Source: Cenarchaeum sp.
Lineage (GTDB): Archaea; Thermoproteota; Nitrososphaeria; Nitrososphaerales; Nitrosopumilaceae
Assembly: GCA_963692915.1 (NCBI GenBank)
Contig: OY843584.1
Location: 1,440,001-1,504,000 of the forward strand
DNA: 64,000 nt
Direction: 5' to 3'
The first letter of the stretch is position 1. Each line of letters starts with the position of its first letter. The position numbers and the translations under genes are program-made. The notes below the pieces were generated by a model. The model saw nothing but the letters and a program-made list of their open reading frames with translations. It did no database searches and was not told the DNA's origin. This document shows, one piece after another, positions 1 to 11,400 of this stretch.

Positions 1-209
1 CGATAGTGCGTCACGGGCTTTTTCTCGATTGGGTCGACGTGGCCTGCCATGACGCGGCCGTACACGTGCAAGTCGAGCTCGCCGCCGACGTTTCCGCGCA
101 CGCCGCACAGGCCGTCCTGCCCGTCGCCAAGCTCACAGTACCTTGCGCACGCCGTGCACCTGACGCGCTGGCCTTCGAGCCGGTCATAGAGAAGACCCTC
201 GCCGCGCAT
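1..209 (-). CDS. amrS: AmmeMemoRadiSam radical SAM enzyme, 5' part (runs off the window)
   Basis: Manual translation from ATG 209: MRGEGLLYDRLEGQRVRCTACARYCELGDGQDGLCGVRGNVGGELDLHVYGRVMAGHVDPIEKKPVTHY. The N-terminal Cys cluster and DPIEKKP motif are typical of AmrS. Not in the ORF track. Confidence 0.85.
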   Translation of the reverse strand, partial: MRGEGLLYDRLEGQRVRCTACARYCELGDGQDGLCGVRGNVGGELDLHVYGRVMAGHVDPIEKKPVTHY

Positions 210-332
210 GGAGCGCGTGTGCGCACCGCCCACTAATATTTGGGAGCTGTGTGCGTGGGTACGAGGTCAACCGGGTGATCTGCAAGAGGGCACGTGGATC
301 ACAGGCGAGTTGAAGACTCTAACTCGCGCCTT

Positions 333-2855
333 TTACTCTGTTGGCGGTTCGCGCTGTGGTGGTGGTGGAGGAGGCGGCGGCGGAGGCAACACCCACGCGT
401 CTGACGTCTGCCCTGCCCCAGTCTCCGCATACACGGGATGCCGAACGTCGGCAAATCTGATGATGGAAGGCTCTTTGTCCGTTGCGCCCTCGTCCCCCAC
501 ATACGTCAGCGTGATCGTCCTGCCATCTACACGCACGTCAGTAACGTTCCAGCCGTCTGAGAGCCTGTAAAACCCGGCATATTCTATATACGGATCCAGC
601 TCTGTGTCATACGTCAACGTAATCGTATCTGGATCCACGTGGTCAGTTGAAACAAGCGCTGGCTCAACGAGCCTTATCTCAATGTGTGGCACGGAGGACG
701 GGCTTGCCTGACTGGGGATGCTTGGCGGTGGTGTGGGGCTACTTAGATCCACCGCATGAATCAGGCGAACAACACGTTCATTATACATAAGATACTCTTC
801 AGTCATAAACTTGGTGTCCTCAATGTGACGTATTGTGTATATCGGATACGTGTATAGGCTTGATCCCGCGGTCTCAGTCCTTGGAATGGAAACTAGGCCT
901 AGGTACGTGTTGTTTGGCGCGTTGGTCTCTGCATCAATTGCGACATTGTATACCGCAAACTCCATGCGTGCCGCAGAGTGCCTGGGGACATAGAGCTTTC
1001 CATCTGCATACTCAAACGGATTTCCATACGTGTCACAGCACCTCGGCTCGGCTATTATGGTGGTCTTTTTTGTTTCCGTGTCATAGTGCCGTATTGTTCC
1101 AGTCAGATTCTTGGAGTCATCACGCACAGTGTGCTCTATGAACAAACTGCGACCATCATCAGACACCACAACACGAGGCCATATCCACCATGATCCCGTG
1201 TTTGGCAGCGTTACTGTATCAAGCTTGTTTCCGCTAGTGCCGTCGTACACGTAGATGTTTTTGTGGGTTCCCTCGGGGAAGGGAGCAACGTATATGCGCT
1301 CTGCCGTTCCGTGCTCTGACGTCTCTATGCTGTCAGGCAGTATATACAGCGAGTCAAGATCGCTTATAGTGTGCATGGGACTGCTCCAGCTAGTTGCGTT
1401 GTATGTGCTTACGCGGTCATTCTGATACACCACAAGCTTGTCTCCCAGCGAGTCTAGTATGACTCCTCGCCGGTGCGCGGTGCTTGGGAGCTGTAGGGAG
1501 CCTAGCGTACTAGGCGCCGTGTCCTCATGATCATCGTACACATGAACCGTCTTTTTGTTGTCGCCTACCACAAACCTCTTGTCCGTGGGACTTTCGTCCA
1601 TCGCGGCGACTGATATGCCATACCATTGATGGCTGTTTACAATTCTTCGAACCAGCGACCCGTCAGTGGAATTTAGCACAAACACCTCCGAGTCATACCA
1701 GCCGGGCACAACGAGCAGGTCGTCTGGCAGGACAGCCACGTCAGCGACGCCCACGACGCCGACATACTGGACGTCAGCAAACGTCCATAGTATGCGGTTG
1801 GATGTTGGCGTCTCAGTAGCTCCTACAGTAACCGTCTGAGTGGCCGACGCAGAGTTGCTAGAGCTATCCGTGGCAGTCCATGTCACGGTTGTAGTTCCCA
1901 CGGGAAACTGATCAGGCGCGTTGTCCGTGACCTCTAGCGTTGGATCGCCCCAGTCAAAGACTATTGGATTGCCCAGGTGCGCCGTTGATGCCGCCGCAGA
2001 AGTTGAGGATTTTATGGACACGTCCTGCGGCGCGAATATGCTCGGCGCCGTGGTGTCTTGCATAACGACGCTCTGCCGTATGCTGGCAGAATTTCCAAGA
2101 TTGTCAGTGGCCGTCCACGTGACCGTGCGCCGGTCGCCGACTGCCATGTACCTCACATTGGGGGTTATCGTAACCTCCGTGTCGGCGTTGTCGGTTGCAG
2201 TTACGGAAAAGTTCTTGGCAATAAGCTTGGTGTATGGGCCGCGCGCCTCTGCGGTAAAGCTTGTGGGAACAGTAGAGTCAAACACGGGCGCCACCTTGTC
2301 GGTGATTTCTATGGAAAATGTCCTGCTTACGGAATTACCCCGCGCGTCCGTGGCCGTGCACGCAAAGTTCTTTGGGGGAGCGGCCGGAAGAGTTGCGGGC
2401 ACATTACAGGACACGGTCACCGGAGGGCTGACAGAATCGGTCCCAGACGCGCTGCCGTACTCTGTGCTAGAGACGGGCGTCTGCGGCCCCGCTGCGGCCT
2501 TTGTGAACGAGCTAGGAACCGTCAGCGTAGGCGCACTAGTGTCATTTACCAGCACCACGCGCGTCGTTGCCGACCAGTTGCCACCGCTGTCCGTCGCGTT
2601 TACCACAATCTTGTGCAGCCCTATCCCAAGCGTTGCCGGAATCGCCTCAGTCGACGTTACGCTCGTGCCCGCGTCAGTGGCAGTCGATGGCGTGCACTTT
2701 GATGCAGTGGGCGTGTTTGCGCCAGCCGCCTCTATAAAGCACCACGCCGCCGTTATGGTGGGAGGAGTTGTGTCAGCCGGAACTGCGGATGTGTCATGTG
2801 TGCTAGTACCAACCATAACTACCGCCAAAATAACGGCCATTACGAGTGTCGGCAT
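333..2855 (-). CDS. Secreted HYR-repeat protein with divergent beta-propeller, C-terminal Ig-like domain and poly-Pro tail
   Basis: ORF 333..2978, probable start ATG 2855 (hydrophobic signal MPTLVMAVILAVVMVG). HYR motifs (DTTAP...VTWTATD..GN), propeller-like blades, PPPPPPPPP tail. Confidence 0.75.
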   Translation of the reverse strand: MPTLVMAVILAVVMVGTSTHDTSAVPADTTPPTITAAWCFIEAAGANTPTASKCTPSTATDAGTSVTSTEAIPATLGIGLHKIVVNATDSGGNWSATTRVVLVNDTSAPTLTVPSSFTKAAAGPQTPVSSTEYGSASGTDSVSPPVTVSCNVPATLPAAPPKNFACTATDARGNSVSRTFSIEITDKVAPVFDSTVPTSFTAEARGPYTKLIAKNFSVTATDNADTEVTITPNVRYMAVGDRRTVTWTATDNLGNSASIRQSVVMQDTTAPSIFAPQDVSIKSSTSAAASTAHLGNPIVFDWGDPTLEVTDNAPDQFPVGTTTVTWTATDSSSNSASATQTVTVGATETPTSNRILWTFADVQYVGVVGVADVAVLPDDLLVVPGWYDSEVFVLNSTDGSLVRRIVNSHQWYGISVAAMDESPTDKRFVVGDNKKTVHVYDDHEDTAPSTLGSLQLPSTAHRRGVILDSLGDKLVVYQNDRVSTYNATSWSSPMHTISDLDSLYILPDSIETSEHGTAERIYVAPFPEGTHKNIYVYDGTSGNKLDTVTLPNTGSWWIWPRVVVSDDGRSLFIEHTVRDDSKNLTGTIRHYDTETKKTTIIAEPRCCDTYGNPFEYADGKLYVPRHSAARMEFAVYNVAIDAETNAPNNTYLGLVSIPRTETAGSSLYTYPIYTIRHIEDTKFMTEEYLMYNERVVRLIHAVDLSSPTPPPSIPSQASPSSVPHIEIRLVEPALVSTDHVDPDTITLTYDTELDPYIEYAGFYRLSDGWNVTDVRVDGRTITLTYVGDEGATDKEPSIIRFADVRHPVYAETGAGQTSDAWVLPPPPPPPPPPQREPPTE

Positions 2856-2955
2856 GAGCAGTTTGGCACGGGTGGCAGTATTGAATGGCCACGCGGTTTT
2901 TGGTGGGGCGGGGTTATGTGGGCAATCCCCGTCAGTGTGACTTAGCGGCATGCGT

Positions 2956-5454
2956 CTAATAATACCCAATGTCCCCAATCAGCTCCACGCCGGGCGTGGC
3001 GTTCGGCGTGCCAGAGCTCGGGCTGCCCGCGTAAGTGAGCGTAATGACAGAGCCGTTCACATCAGCGCTCACCACCTCAAGGCCGACATCGACCATGACA
3101 AAGTCGCTAATGTCAACTACAAACGGCTCGATGGTCACACCATAGGTCAGCTTTATCTTGTCGGGTGAGACATATTGCGTCGAGGTCAGCGCCGGCTCGA
3201 CTCTGATCTTGGGCACTATGGGGGTCGTCACAGGCGCTGCGCTTGCGGCATTGCTACTGCCGCTGTCATCAATAGGAATCGAGGGAGCCTGACTTGTGCC
3301 GGGGGGTGACGAGGGGGCTGGAGACGGAGGCTGGGGGTGCGGCGGCGTTGGGTCGAGTCCTCGTAGGTCTAGTATGTGAACACGCGTCATCTCCTCGGAC
3401 GTTGTGGGGTTTTCAAGATACTCCGAAACGGCAACTCTGCCTTCTGGCAACGACTCGACGGCAAAACCAAAGTGGGTCACCTCATATCCGGTCGGAGGAG
3501 CCGCCTTGTTTACAAACGAGTCTCGATGCGCGAGTTTTGTGGGATCAAAGGCCGTTAACGTGCCGCCGCCACGAACCCAAACATTCCCGGCGTAGAGCAG
3601 CCTGCCATCAAGGTCAAACGCCGTGCCAAATCCCGCGTTACAGCACGCAGGTGAGCTGACCGAGCTCGATGCGGCACCTGTGGCCGCATAGCGGTGAATC
3701 TTGCCGGCTGTGCCCGGAGTTGTGCTGGGTCTTGGCTCTCCCACGTACAGGTGTCCATCACCACCCACCCGCACCTGTTCCTCCCCAAAGAGAGTTCGTG
3801 TGGTCGAGCCGCTAAGCAGCTTTGTTGGGGTGGGAACCGCAGAGTCGCTGGTGGTTGCAGTCACGTCATACTTGTAGACGACTCCCTTGGTCGTTCCGTC
3901 CGCACGCGAGCTGACATATGCAGTCTCCGTCGTTCCGTCATCGTGAGCCGCGACCCTCACACCAAACTGATCCCTGGCGGCCGGGGTTGGATTTGGTATC
4001 TCGTACAGCTTTGTGCCCGAGGAGTCAAACACGTATGCCTTGCCCAGGGCGATCTTTGTGCCCTCCTTGTACATTGGAGCCCCTATGACAAGCTTGTCGC
4101 CCATGGCCGCTAGCGACGCCCCGAACTGATCCTTGCCCACAACGGTGACCATAGAGTCTCCGCTAGTAGTCGTCATCGTGTTGGGGTTCGTTATCGTGTG
4201 CCGCAGGGCTCGCGTGGCTGCATCGTATACAAAGACCGCGCCCTCGTTGACGTTGTATCCCTTGGCGCCGACTGCAAGGAGGTTGTTTGAGGAACCAAAC
4301 ACCGCCAATGACGTGCCAAAGTACTGGTTCGCCGCTGTTCCGTGGTATATGGTGGGAACCGCCGTGATGATCGACTTGGTGTTATATACCCTGACTGCTC
4401 CCGAGTTCGCCGCTCTCGTTGAGTCATGCTCGTCACCGACAAAGAGGAGCGGCCCATATGATGCGAGGCTAGAACCAAACCGGGTTCCCGTAACTCCGGC
4501 ATCGGGGAGTATCTCCTCCCTTGATGCGGGTAACACATACACCGACTGTATGCACGTACCGTCGTTGCCGTTGGAGTCTTCCGCAGTCCACACGACTGAC
4601 GTCACCCCAACAGGAAATTTGCCGTTGGTGGCCGCGGTGGCAGAGTTGTTGGTGGCAGTAGTTATGGAACCGTCAACAACATCGTGGACGGTGGGTTTCC
4701 CGAGAGGAACAGATGTGACAGTCACCGGCTCTGCGCTCTTTATTCGCACGTCTGACGGACATGTGAGTGTGGGCCCCGTCATGTCTGTCAGTGTAACCTT
4801 TTGGGTGGCTAGTGAAGAAAGACTCGCCCCATCCGTGGCATTCCAGACGATCGTGCATATGCTTGACTCTGTGTATGACTTGGTTTTGACCGGCGGCCAA
4901 CAAGAGGAATCGTACTCGACAGTTATCTCTTCACCAACAGACACGTTGTCAACGACCGTTATCGTAAATGGTGTGGATGGAGACAATTCATCTACTAGGT
5001 GCGGGGTCACATCAACGGTCATATGTTCAAGAGGCGGCAAGATCGGAGCCGTCAGATCACGGACAATGAGTGTCTGCGTTTTTGAGACTGGGCGGCCTGA
5101 GGCGTCCTTGCCAGTCCATACCAGCTTGTGCGTTCCAACCTCAAATGATTCTGGAAGCGGTTGCGCAGAGTCAAGTGTGACACCTACAGTAGTTACTTTG
5201 CTGCTACAATGCGCCCTGGTGACCTTTGTGGTTGCCCCCTCGGCGTTCTTTATGCACGCCTCGGTCATAATCTCTGGGGTGGTCGTTGTCATGGCAGACG
5301 CGTGAGTATGAACCGCAACGCCAACGAGGGCCGCAACGAGGCCAAGGGACACCATCATAACCGCCATGCTATGCCGCCCGCTCTTCAACGAGGGGGCGCC
5401 CAACGTAGTTATTATTAACACTACTGCCCATTTTTGCCTGTGCACGAAGCGCAT
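2956..5454 (-). CDS. Secreted HYR-repeat protein with FG-GAP (integrin-alpha-like) 7-blade propeller
   Basis: Signal peptide, HYR repeats, blades RFGSSLA, YFGTSLA..LAVGA, QFGASLA..LVIGAP, QFGVRVA, LFGEEQV, GFGTAFD, HFGFAVE. Pro/Ser linker, then a C-terminal domain shared with 333..2855. True start may be downstream (~5368). Confidence 0.8.
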   Translation of the reverse strand: MRFVHRQKWAVVLIITTLGAPSLKSGRHSMAVMMVSLGLVAALVGVAVHTHASAMTTTTPEIMTEACIKNAEGATTKVTRAHCSSKVTTVGVTLDSAQPLPESFEVGTHKLVWTGKDASGRPVSKTQTLIVRDLTAPILPPLEHMTVDVTPHLVDELSPSTPFTITVVDNVSVGEEITVEYDSSCWPPVKTKSYTESSICTIVWNATDGASLSSLATQKVTLTDMTGPTLTCPSDVRIKSAEPVTVTSVPLGKPTVHDVVDGSITTATNNSATAATNGKFPVGVTSVVWTAEDSNGNDGTCIQSVYVLPASREEILPDAGVTGTRFGSSLASYGPLLFVGDEHDSTRAANSGAVRVYNTKSIITAVPTIYHGTAANQYFGTSLAVFGSSNNLLAVGAKGYNVNEGAVFVYDAATRALRHTITNPNTMTTTSGDSMVTVVGKDQFGASLAAMGDKLVIGAPMYKEGTKIALGKAYVFDSSGTKLYEIPNPTPAARDQFGVRVAAHDDGTTETAYVSSRADGTTKGVVYKYDVTATTSDSAVPTPTKLLSGSTTRTLFGEEQVRVGGDGHLYVGEPRPSTTPGTAGKIHRYAATGAASSSVSSPACCNAGFGTAFDLDGRLLYAGNVWVRGGGTLTAFDPTKLAHRDSFVNKAAPPTGYEVTHFGFAVESLPEGRVAVSEYLENPTTSEEMTRVHILDLRGLDPTPPHPQPPSPAPSSPPGTSQAPSIPIDDSGSSNAASAAPVTTPIVPKIRVEPALTSTQYVSPDKIKLTYGVTIEPFVVDISDFVMVDVGLEVVSADVNGSVITLTYAGSPSSGTPNATPGVELIGDIGYY

Positions 5455-5473
5455 TTTAAATATTTTTAAATAA
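5455..5473. promoter_or_regulatory. AT-rich TATA-like element between divergent surface-protein genes
   Basis: TTTAAATATTTTTAAATAA, about 25 nt upstream of ATG 5495. Confidence 0.55.
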
Positions 5474-5494
5474 GATTACCCTGTGACGCCCACC

Positions 5495-8400
5495 ATGAAA
5501 AATGTGCTGCTGGTCATAGCGGCCGCCTCGCTTGCGCTAGTGCCGCTACTCTCCCCACTTATCCACGCAACCCCCCCCGCGGTTCCATGCGACTATGAGT
5601 GCATGTGGCCCATAGGCCTGTATGATATCCCGGACTCCGCAAAGGTCGGAACTCCGATCACGGTGTCATATACATATGCGTGGGAGGGGATCTTGAACGG
5701 CATAGCTGTCAACACGGACACGTGGGATCTCCCCCCGGGATATCACCCATGGCCAGAAGAGTGGGGAGAGCCGACACGGCCTCTCCAGTACATTGGCAGC
5801 ACGGCTACCATGGTGCTCCCGGACGGGATCGACGTGGTTGATTGGGAGACGCGTGGGTTTGAAAGGTCAAAGCTGTGGACTGATCAGTATGGACGCACAA
5901 CGTACATGTACACGAGAATCAACGCATATGCGCCTGGAACCACCAATTCCAGTATCGAGCTTGTGGTTAGGACAGATGCCAAGATCTACCCAAACGACGA
6001 TGTGATCATCGATCTTGGGGTGCGTAGAGAAAAATGGGCTGATCCCACAGTGTTTGTGAATCATAGTGGTGGTGCGCTGACATTCTCAGCAGACGAAGCC
6101 GCGATTGCTGCAGGAGCCTCTGAATCGTTCCAGCAACGAGACATCCACCGCCTCCCAGATTCGTCCTTTGATCCATTGGAAGACGAGGAGCTCTCTGGCG
6201 AGGCCAAACGCGCAATAGTGGAATTTCTGCTAGATCAGGCCGATGCCGGAGCTGTTGTGGGGGAGTCTGGCGTTCCTGATTTTGCAAGGGCGCAGGTTGC
6301 AGAACACGCTAAAGGGTCCGGCGTGGGAGGACAGGCCGACGGGGAACAATTCACATACGCGTACGGCTACTTTAGGGCGCAGGATCGGGGTCAGGGCGCC
6401 GGAGTTGAGGCAGCCAAACTCTCTGCGGCCACTGACGTCAAGGTGTGCATTTATGATCAGGCCGCCGACAGGTCAATATCTCTGCTCTTGCACAACGGGG
6501 AGCCGGCATGCTCCCGCGTGGACTCTGACGGTTTCTATGGGATTGCCGTTCCCCGCAGTGATCCTGACGACGACGACACGGGGATCGACATTGTGCCCGT
6601 ATTTTCACTAGATCATGGAAAAGTGCGTGCTCTGACTCCTCGAGGAACCACAATGTCGGTAAGCGGGCTGGTAACCGAGAATGTGAATGGCGCTGTGGTC
6701 TCCCTTGGTGAGCACAGCGTTAGAACTCCACTGGGAGACACAAGACAGTTTGCAGTAATGCGCTGGATGTATGATGATGTGCTGGAGGCCTACGGATACT
6801 TTAAGGACACGTTTGGCTATGACGCGCCACCAGTAACTTTACAAAGGGGATCTTCTGCGTTTTATGTTCTTAGTAACAGTCAAATCACCTTACAAACCGG
6901 ACTTCCTAGACCACATGCGGTCGCCACACAAACCATCGTCTTGCACGAATATGGTCATCACATTATGAACCACGTTTACGATAATGGGATCCCCTCCACC
7001 CCACTTTGTAGTCCGCACACCCCCAGATTAGCATCAAGTCCATCATGCGCATGGTCTGAGGGCTGGGCCAGCTTCGTCGCGGCGTTAGTAGAGGATTCTC
7101 CCCGGTACAATATCTCCTTTGGGGCAGACGACAACCACTTTAACTGGGAAACCCAAGAGAGGCATTCCCGTACGAACATCGAACCACCCACAGGATCACT
7201 GTTTATCGGGAATTACTACAGGGGACAGGACGGGGAAGGGAGCGTGACGGCCATCTTGTGGGACATCTATGATGACGGGAACGAGCGAGGTGACAACATA
7301 GCTGGCGGCGCCCAAGACATCTGGACAGCATTTGCGGATGACCGGGACGCGGGCGAGGCGTTTGAGGCTGTGAATATACATGACTTTTACGACGACTGGA
7401 TTGAAAATGGAGGACAGAATTTAGATAGTGTGTTTACCATAAACGGCGTAGATCCGACTGGCACGTACTCGCCACCGTCATTGACCCTCTCTGTGGAGCG
7501 CAGTGGGTCAATGCGGACAGGTGACAATTCGAGATATGCCAAGGTCGGCGACACAGTAATCGCGACTCTTGATCTTGGGGGTTCCGTCACTATGGGCACA
7601 ACTCCCACGGCGTCTGTCCTGGGCGGCGCGCGGGAAAACATGGTACCTGGCACCGGGGCAGCGCGGAGCACGTGGACTACACGCGGAACTGTTGGCGATG
7701 ACGCGCATAATGGATCTTCGCCCGTTACTATTCTCGCCACGGCTCCCGGCATTGCCTTGGCCTCTACCAACGCCGTCAGTCATGACGATGAATCAGACAC
7801 TGTGAGTCTTGCGCTTGCTCGTGTGCCTACAAGTGGGACGTACGAGATAACGGCGCGCGGAACCATCGCAGATTCGGAGGGCACTAGCATCGGTTCTGAC
7901 ACATTACGCAGGTTTGAGTGGAACGCAGCAAATCCCCGTATTGAAAGAACTGCCATATCGCCTGACGGGCAAGAGATAACATTTTCATTTAGTGAGGGAC
8001 TTGATGCAGAAACAGTCTTTCCCCGCAGCTTTCGTGCTTTTGACAGGTTTGATGCGGTTGACATTGTACATCCCGACGGGTCAGACACAGTAAAGATTCA
8101 ACTCTCCGAGCCACTGATCGACGGTTTGTATATTATAGACCCCCTTACATCCATAGCTGACACACAAGGACACAGAATTGATGGTGGGTCGGCCGAGCGG
8201 ATATTATGGGATCCACAAGCGCCCACATTCGAACACGTCACCATATCCCCAGACGGCAGAACTGTTACAATTACAATGAGTAAACAGATTACACTAACAA
8301 TTAACAATATAATTCGTGATTCTGACTTGCCAAGCCATAGAAAGTCACCCCCCTTTTCGACGGGAACAACACACACCATATCGCTGGCTTCCCCCCCGGC

Positions 8401-11400
8401 CCCTGGCACTTATGAAATTACGGTGCATGGGGCACCTTCTCCCTCCAGGGCTCCCACACTTAGCCAAACGCGCTCATTCACGTACAACCCCTCCGGGCCC
8501 ACTTTTGATTACGTTACGGCGTCGCCTGACGGACGGACGCTCACACTGACGTTCAGCGAGGGGCTTGATGGCGACACGGTGACGCGAGATCGCTTTATGC
8601 TGGGATCAGGCATGTCGCTGGCCAGCGCAAGCCCCATTGTGCACGTTGACGGCTCTTCAACGGTGACGTTAAAGCTGGCCGCCGCGCCCGCGTCTGATGG
8701 AACATATTTTATAACTGCCAAGAGCACCATACGTGGTTCTGACGGCGGCTCGCTCGGCTCTGACCAGACGCGCAAGCTCGTGTGGAATCCCAAAGCCCCC
8801 ACGTTTGACCGCGTTGAGGTATCTTCTGATGGCAGAAAAGTCAAAGCAATCTTTAGTGAGGGTATTGATACCACATTTGTCAACACGCGTTACATAGAAC
8901 GATCACCTAGCTTGGCGCTGACCCGCACAAACCCCATAGAGCACACGCAAGGCTCTAACACAGTCACGTTCAATCTTGCCCAGACGTTGACGGGAGGTCC
9001 ACATTTCATAAGGGCCACACAGCAAATTGCCGATCTCACCGGTCTTCATATGACCACAACGCAGGAGCGTCAATTCACATTTGACGCGGCGGCTCCGGTC
9101 TTTGAGTCAGTCAGGGCGTCAGCTGACGGTCAGACGCTTACGTTGACGTTCAGCGAGGGCCTAGACACACGGACGGTGACCACCTGCGACACGGAACGAC
9201 AAGGCACGACATGCCCCCAAACCCGCCTGACTTCTGAAAGAACCTACGTCCCATCGATAACAACGGGCAACTTTGTGCTGCCCGCCGACTTGGCCTTCGC
9301 TAGGAGCCAAATAGGCTTGCAGTCGGTACTCCACGCAGACGGAAGTTCCACGGTCACCATCAGGCTATCGGCCGCGCCCTCGACTGGAGGCACGTACGAG
9401 ATAACGGCAAAGTCTGGCATCAAGGACACGACGAACGTTCCGCTCAGCTCTGACACGACGCGTTCGTTCACGTGGAATCCGGGCGTCCCGGCGCTAGAGT
9501 CAGCGTCAATGTCATCAAACGGCAAAACTCTCAAGCTGACATTCAGCGAGGGTCTTGACACCGATACTGTCACTGCGTCTAACTTTTTGCTGCCCTCAGA
9601 GAACACGCCGTTGCTTATCACAGAACAGGTAGCCAATAGCGAAATAGTCGTGGACACGGTTGCTCCTCGCTTGCTTGACGCGCTCTTCACGTCTACAGAG
9701 TCGGTGAGGCTGGAGTTCAGCGAACCCCTCGATGCCCTGACGGTCAAGCCGACGGCGTTTGGCGTCACGCGCGAGGGAGCCACAATCACCACCACACCGT
9801 CATACACGGCGGGCACGAGGGTAGTCACCCTTGACCTGTCGCCTGCAGTCACACCAGGCATCGCGCACACAATGCACGTAAAGGCCGGCCTCACTGACAG
9901 GGCAGGAAACCCGGTGGCCACCACGACAGAAACCCTGACGTCCCCGTCCACAGCCAACGAGGCGCCCATGTTTGAGGTAATACAAACAAGCCATTACATA
10001 GTCATCACGTTCAGTGAGGATGTTCGTGTTATAGAAGACCAAGAATTGGACTGGCGTGATTGGGCTGAGATCTTTGAAGGCGAACCTATCTCAAGACCAA
10101 GAGGCCACTTTGTTGATCTTGCCAACCGAAGAATTGTGCTGGATGATCGATTTTTTCCAAACACAAGTTTTGCGTTTTCTCCATACGTCGGAGACTCTCC
10201 CAAGATTGAGGATCTCTCAGGTTATGACATGCCTGTAGGAACCAAGATCAACAACCCGTCATTAGAGATATTTCCATCGATTTTTGCAGAGGCCTATGAC
10301 GAGGGCATAGTTAGAATAGAGTTTGATGAGAGTATCACCCGCACGATAGGGTATTCCCCCCGGGATATCAGTGCCGTAAGCGGCCGCACGGAAACGTCAG
10401 AGTGGGAGATTAACGGCGTGCAGGCCACCGCTATCATGGATAGCATAGATGGTGATATGAAACAAACTCTGAACGTGATGGAGATGACCCGCTTTTTTCT
10501 AAAGCATGGAGTAACGGGACTCGGGGGAACCCTACAGGTGGAATATCTTGGGCCCGGGGAAGGCAGCACCAACTCACTAACGAATTCTGACATGAACGCG
10601 CTTGCGCCTGTAAAGGTCACTAGTATAGACCGCATACCCAACGCCTTTACCGCAGGAGAGTTTTTGGACAGCAAGCGGATCAGGCTCACTGCCGCAAAGG
10701 CGATCGACGCACGCCTCGCAGACCACCTGCAAGTACCAAACATGCCATCTACCTTGATTCCCACCGACAGCCCACTCACGGCGATCCTGCGCCTAGAAGA
10801 TGACGCGCGGGACGGGTGCATATTTACCGTCAACCTCGCCTTTCCCCTAAATGACGAAGACGAAGACTATTATCCAGACTTTAGGATAAACGGCGGAACC
10901 AACAAGGTCACCTACACGGACACGCACGCGCCAATGATGGTCTCGGCCACGTCCACGAGCGGCACGACGACTGAGGTGCGCTTTAACGAGCCAGTCTCGT
11001 TCGGCGCGTCGCCGACGCTCGCACAGCACAGGGGCCACTGGGAGATCACTGACGCCGGCACGGACAAGGAGATCTCGGCGGTGGCCGTGAGGGCAGGCAG
11101 CCCGTCAGTCGTGGAGATCACGCACGCGCCGCTGGCGCGCACGGACTCCACGCCGACAGTCGCATACAGCGGCGGGGCAGACGACGACGCGCGCATCCGC
11201 GACACGCGCGCATCGCCCTGCACCACCACCGACAGCACGCCAAAGAACAAGCTGGGCACTGACGGCGAGGTCGTCGCGTCTGACGGCGCGGCGCCGGGGG
11301 CCGCGGTGTCGGCCGCAGTCTCCCGAAACGGGGAGCCAAAGTCCGGCACCAACGCACAGTGGGCAAGGGCAGGCGACACGATCACCGTGTCGCTGGACAT

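Noticed and set aside
356-386. (GGT/GGA/GGC)n tract as a phase-variation microsatellite
   Set aside because: Mixed codons encoding a poly-Pro tail; triplet changes would not shift the frame.
7748-9595. CRISPR-like periodic repeats (TTCAGCGAGGG)
   Set aside because: They are codons of ~300-nt protein repeats, degenerate and in frame. No array or cas genes are seen.
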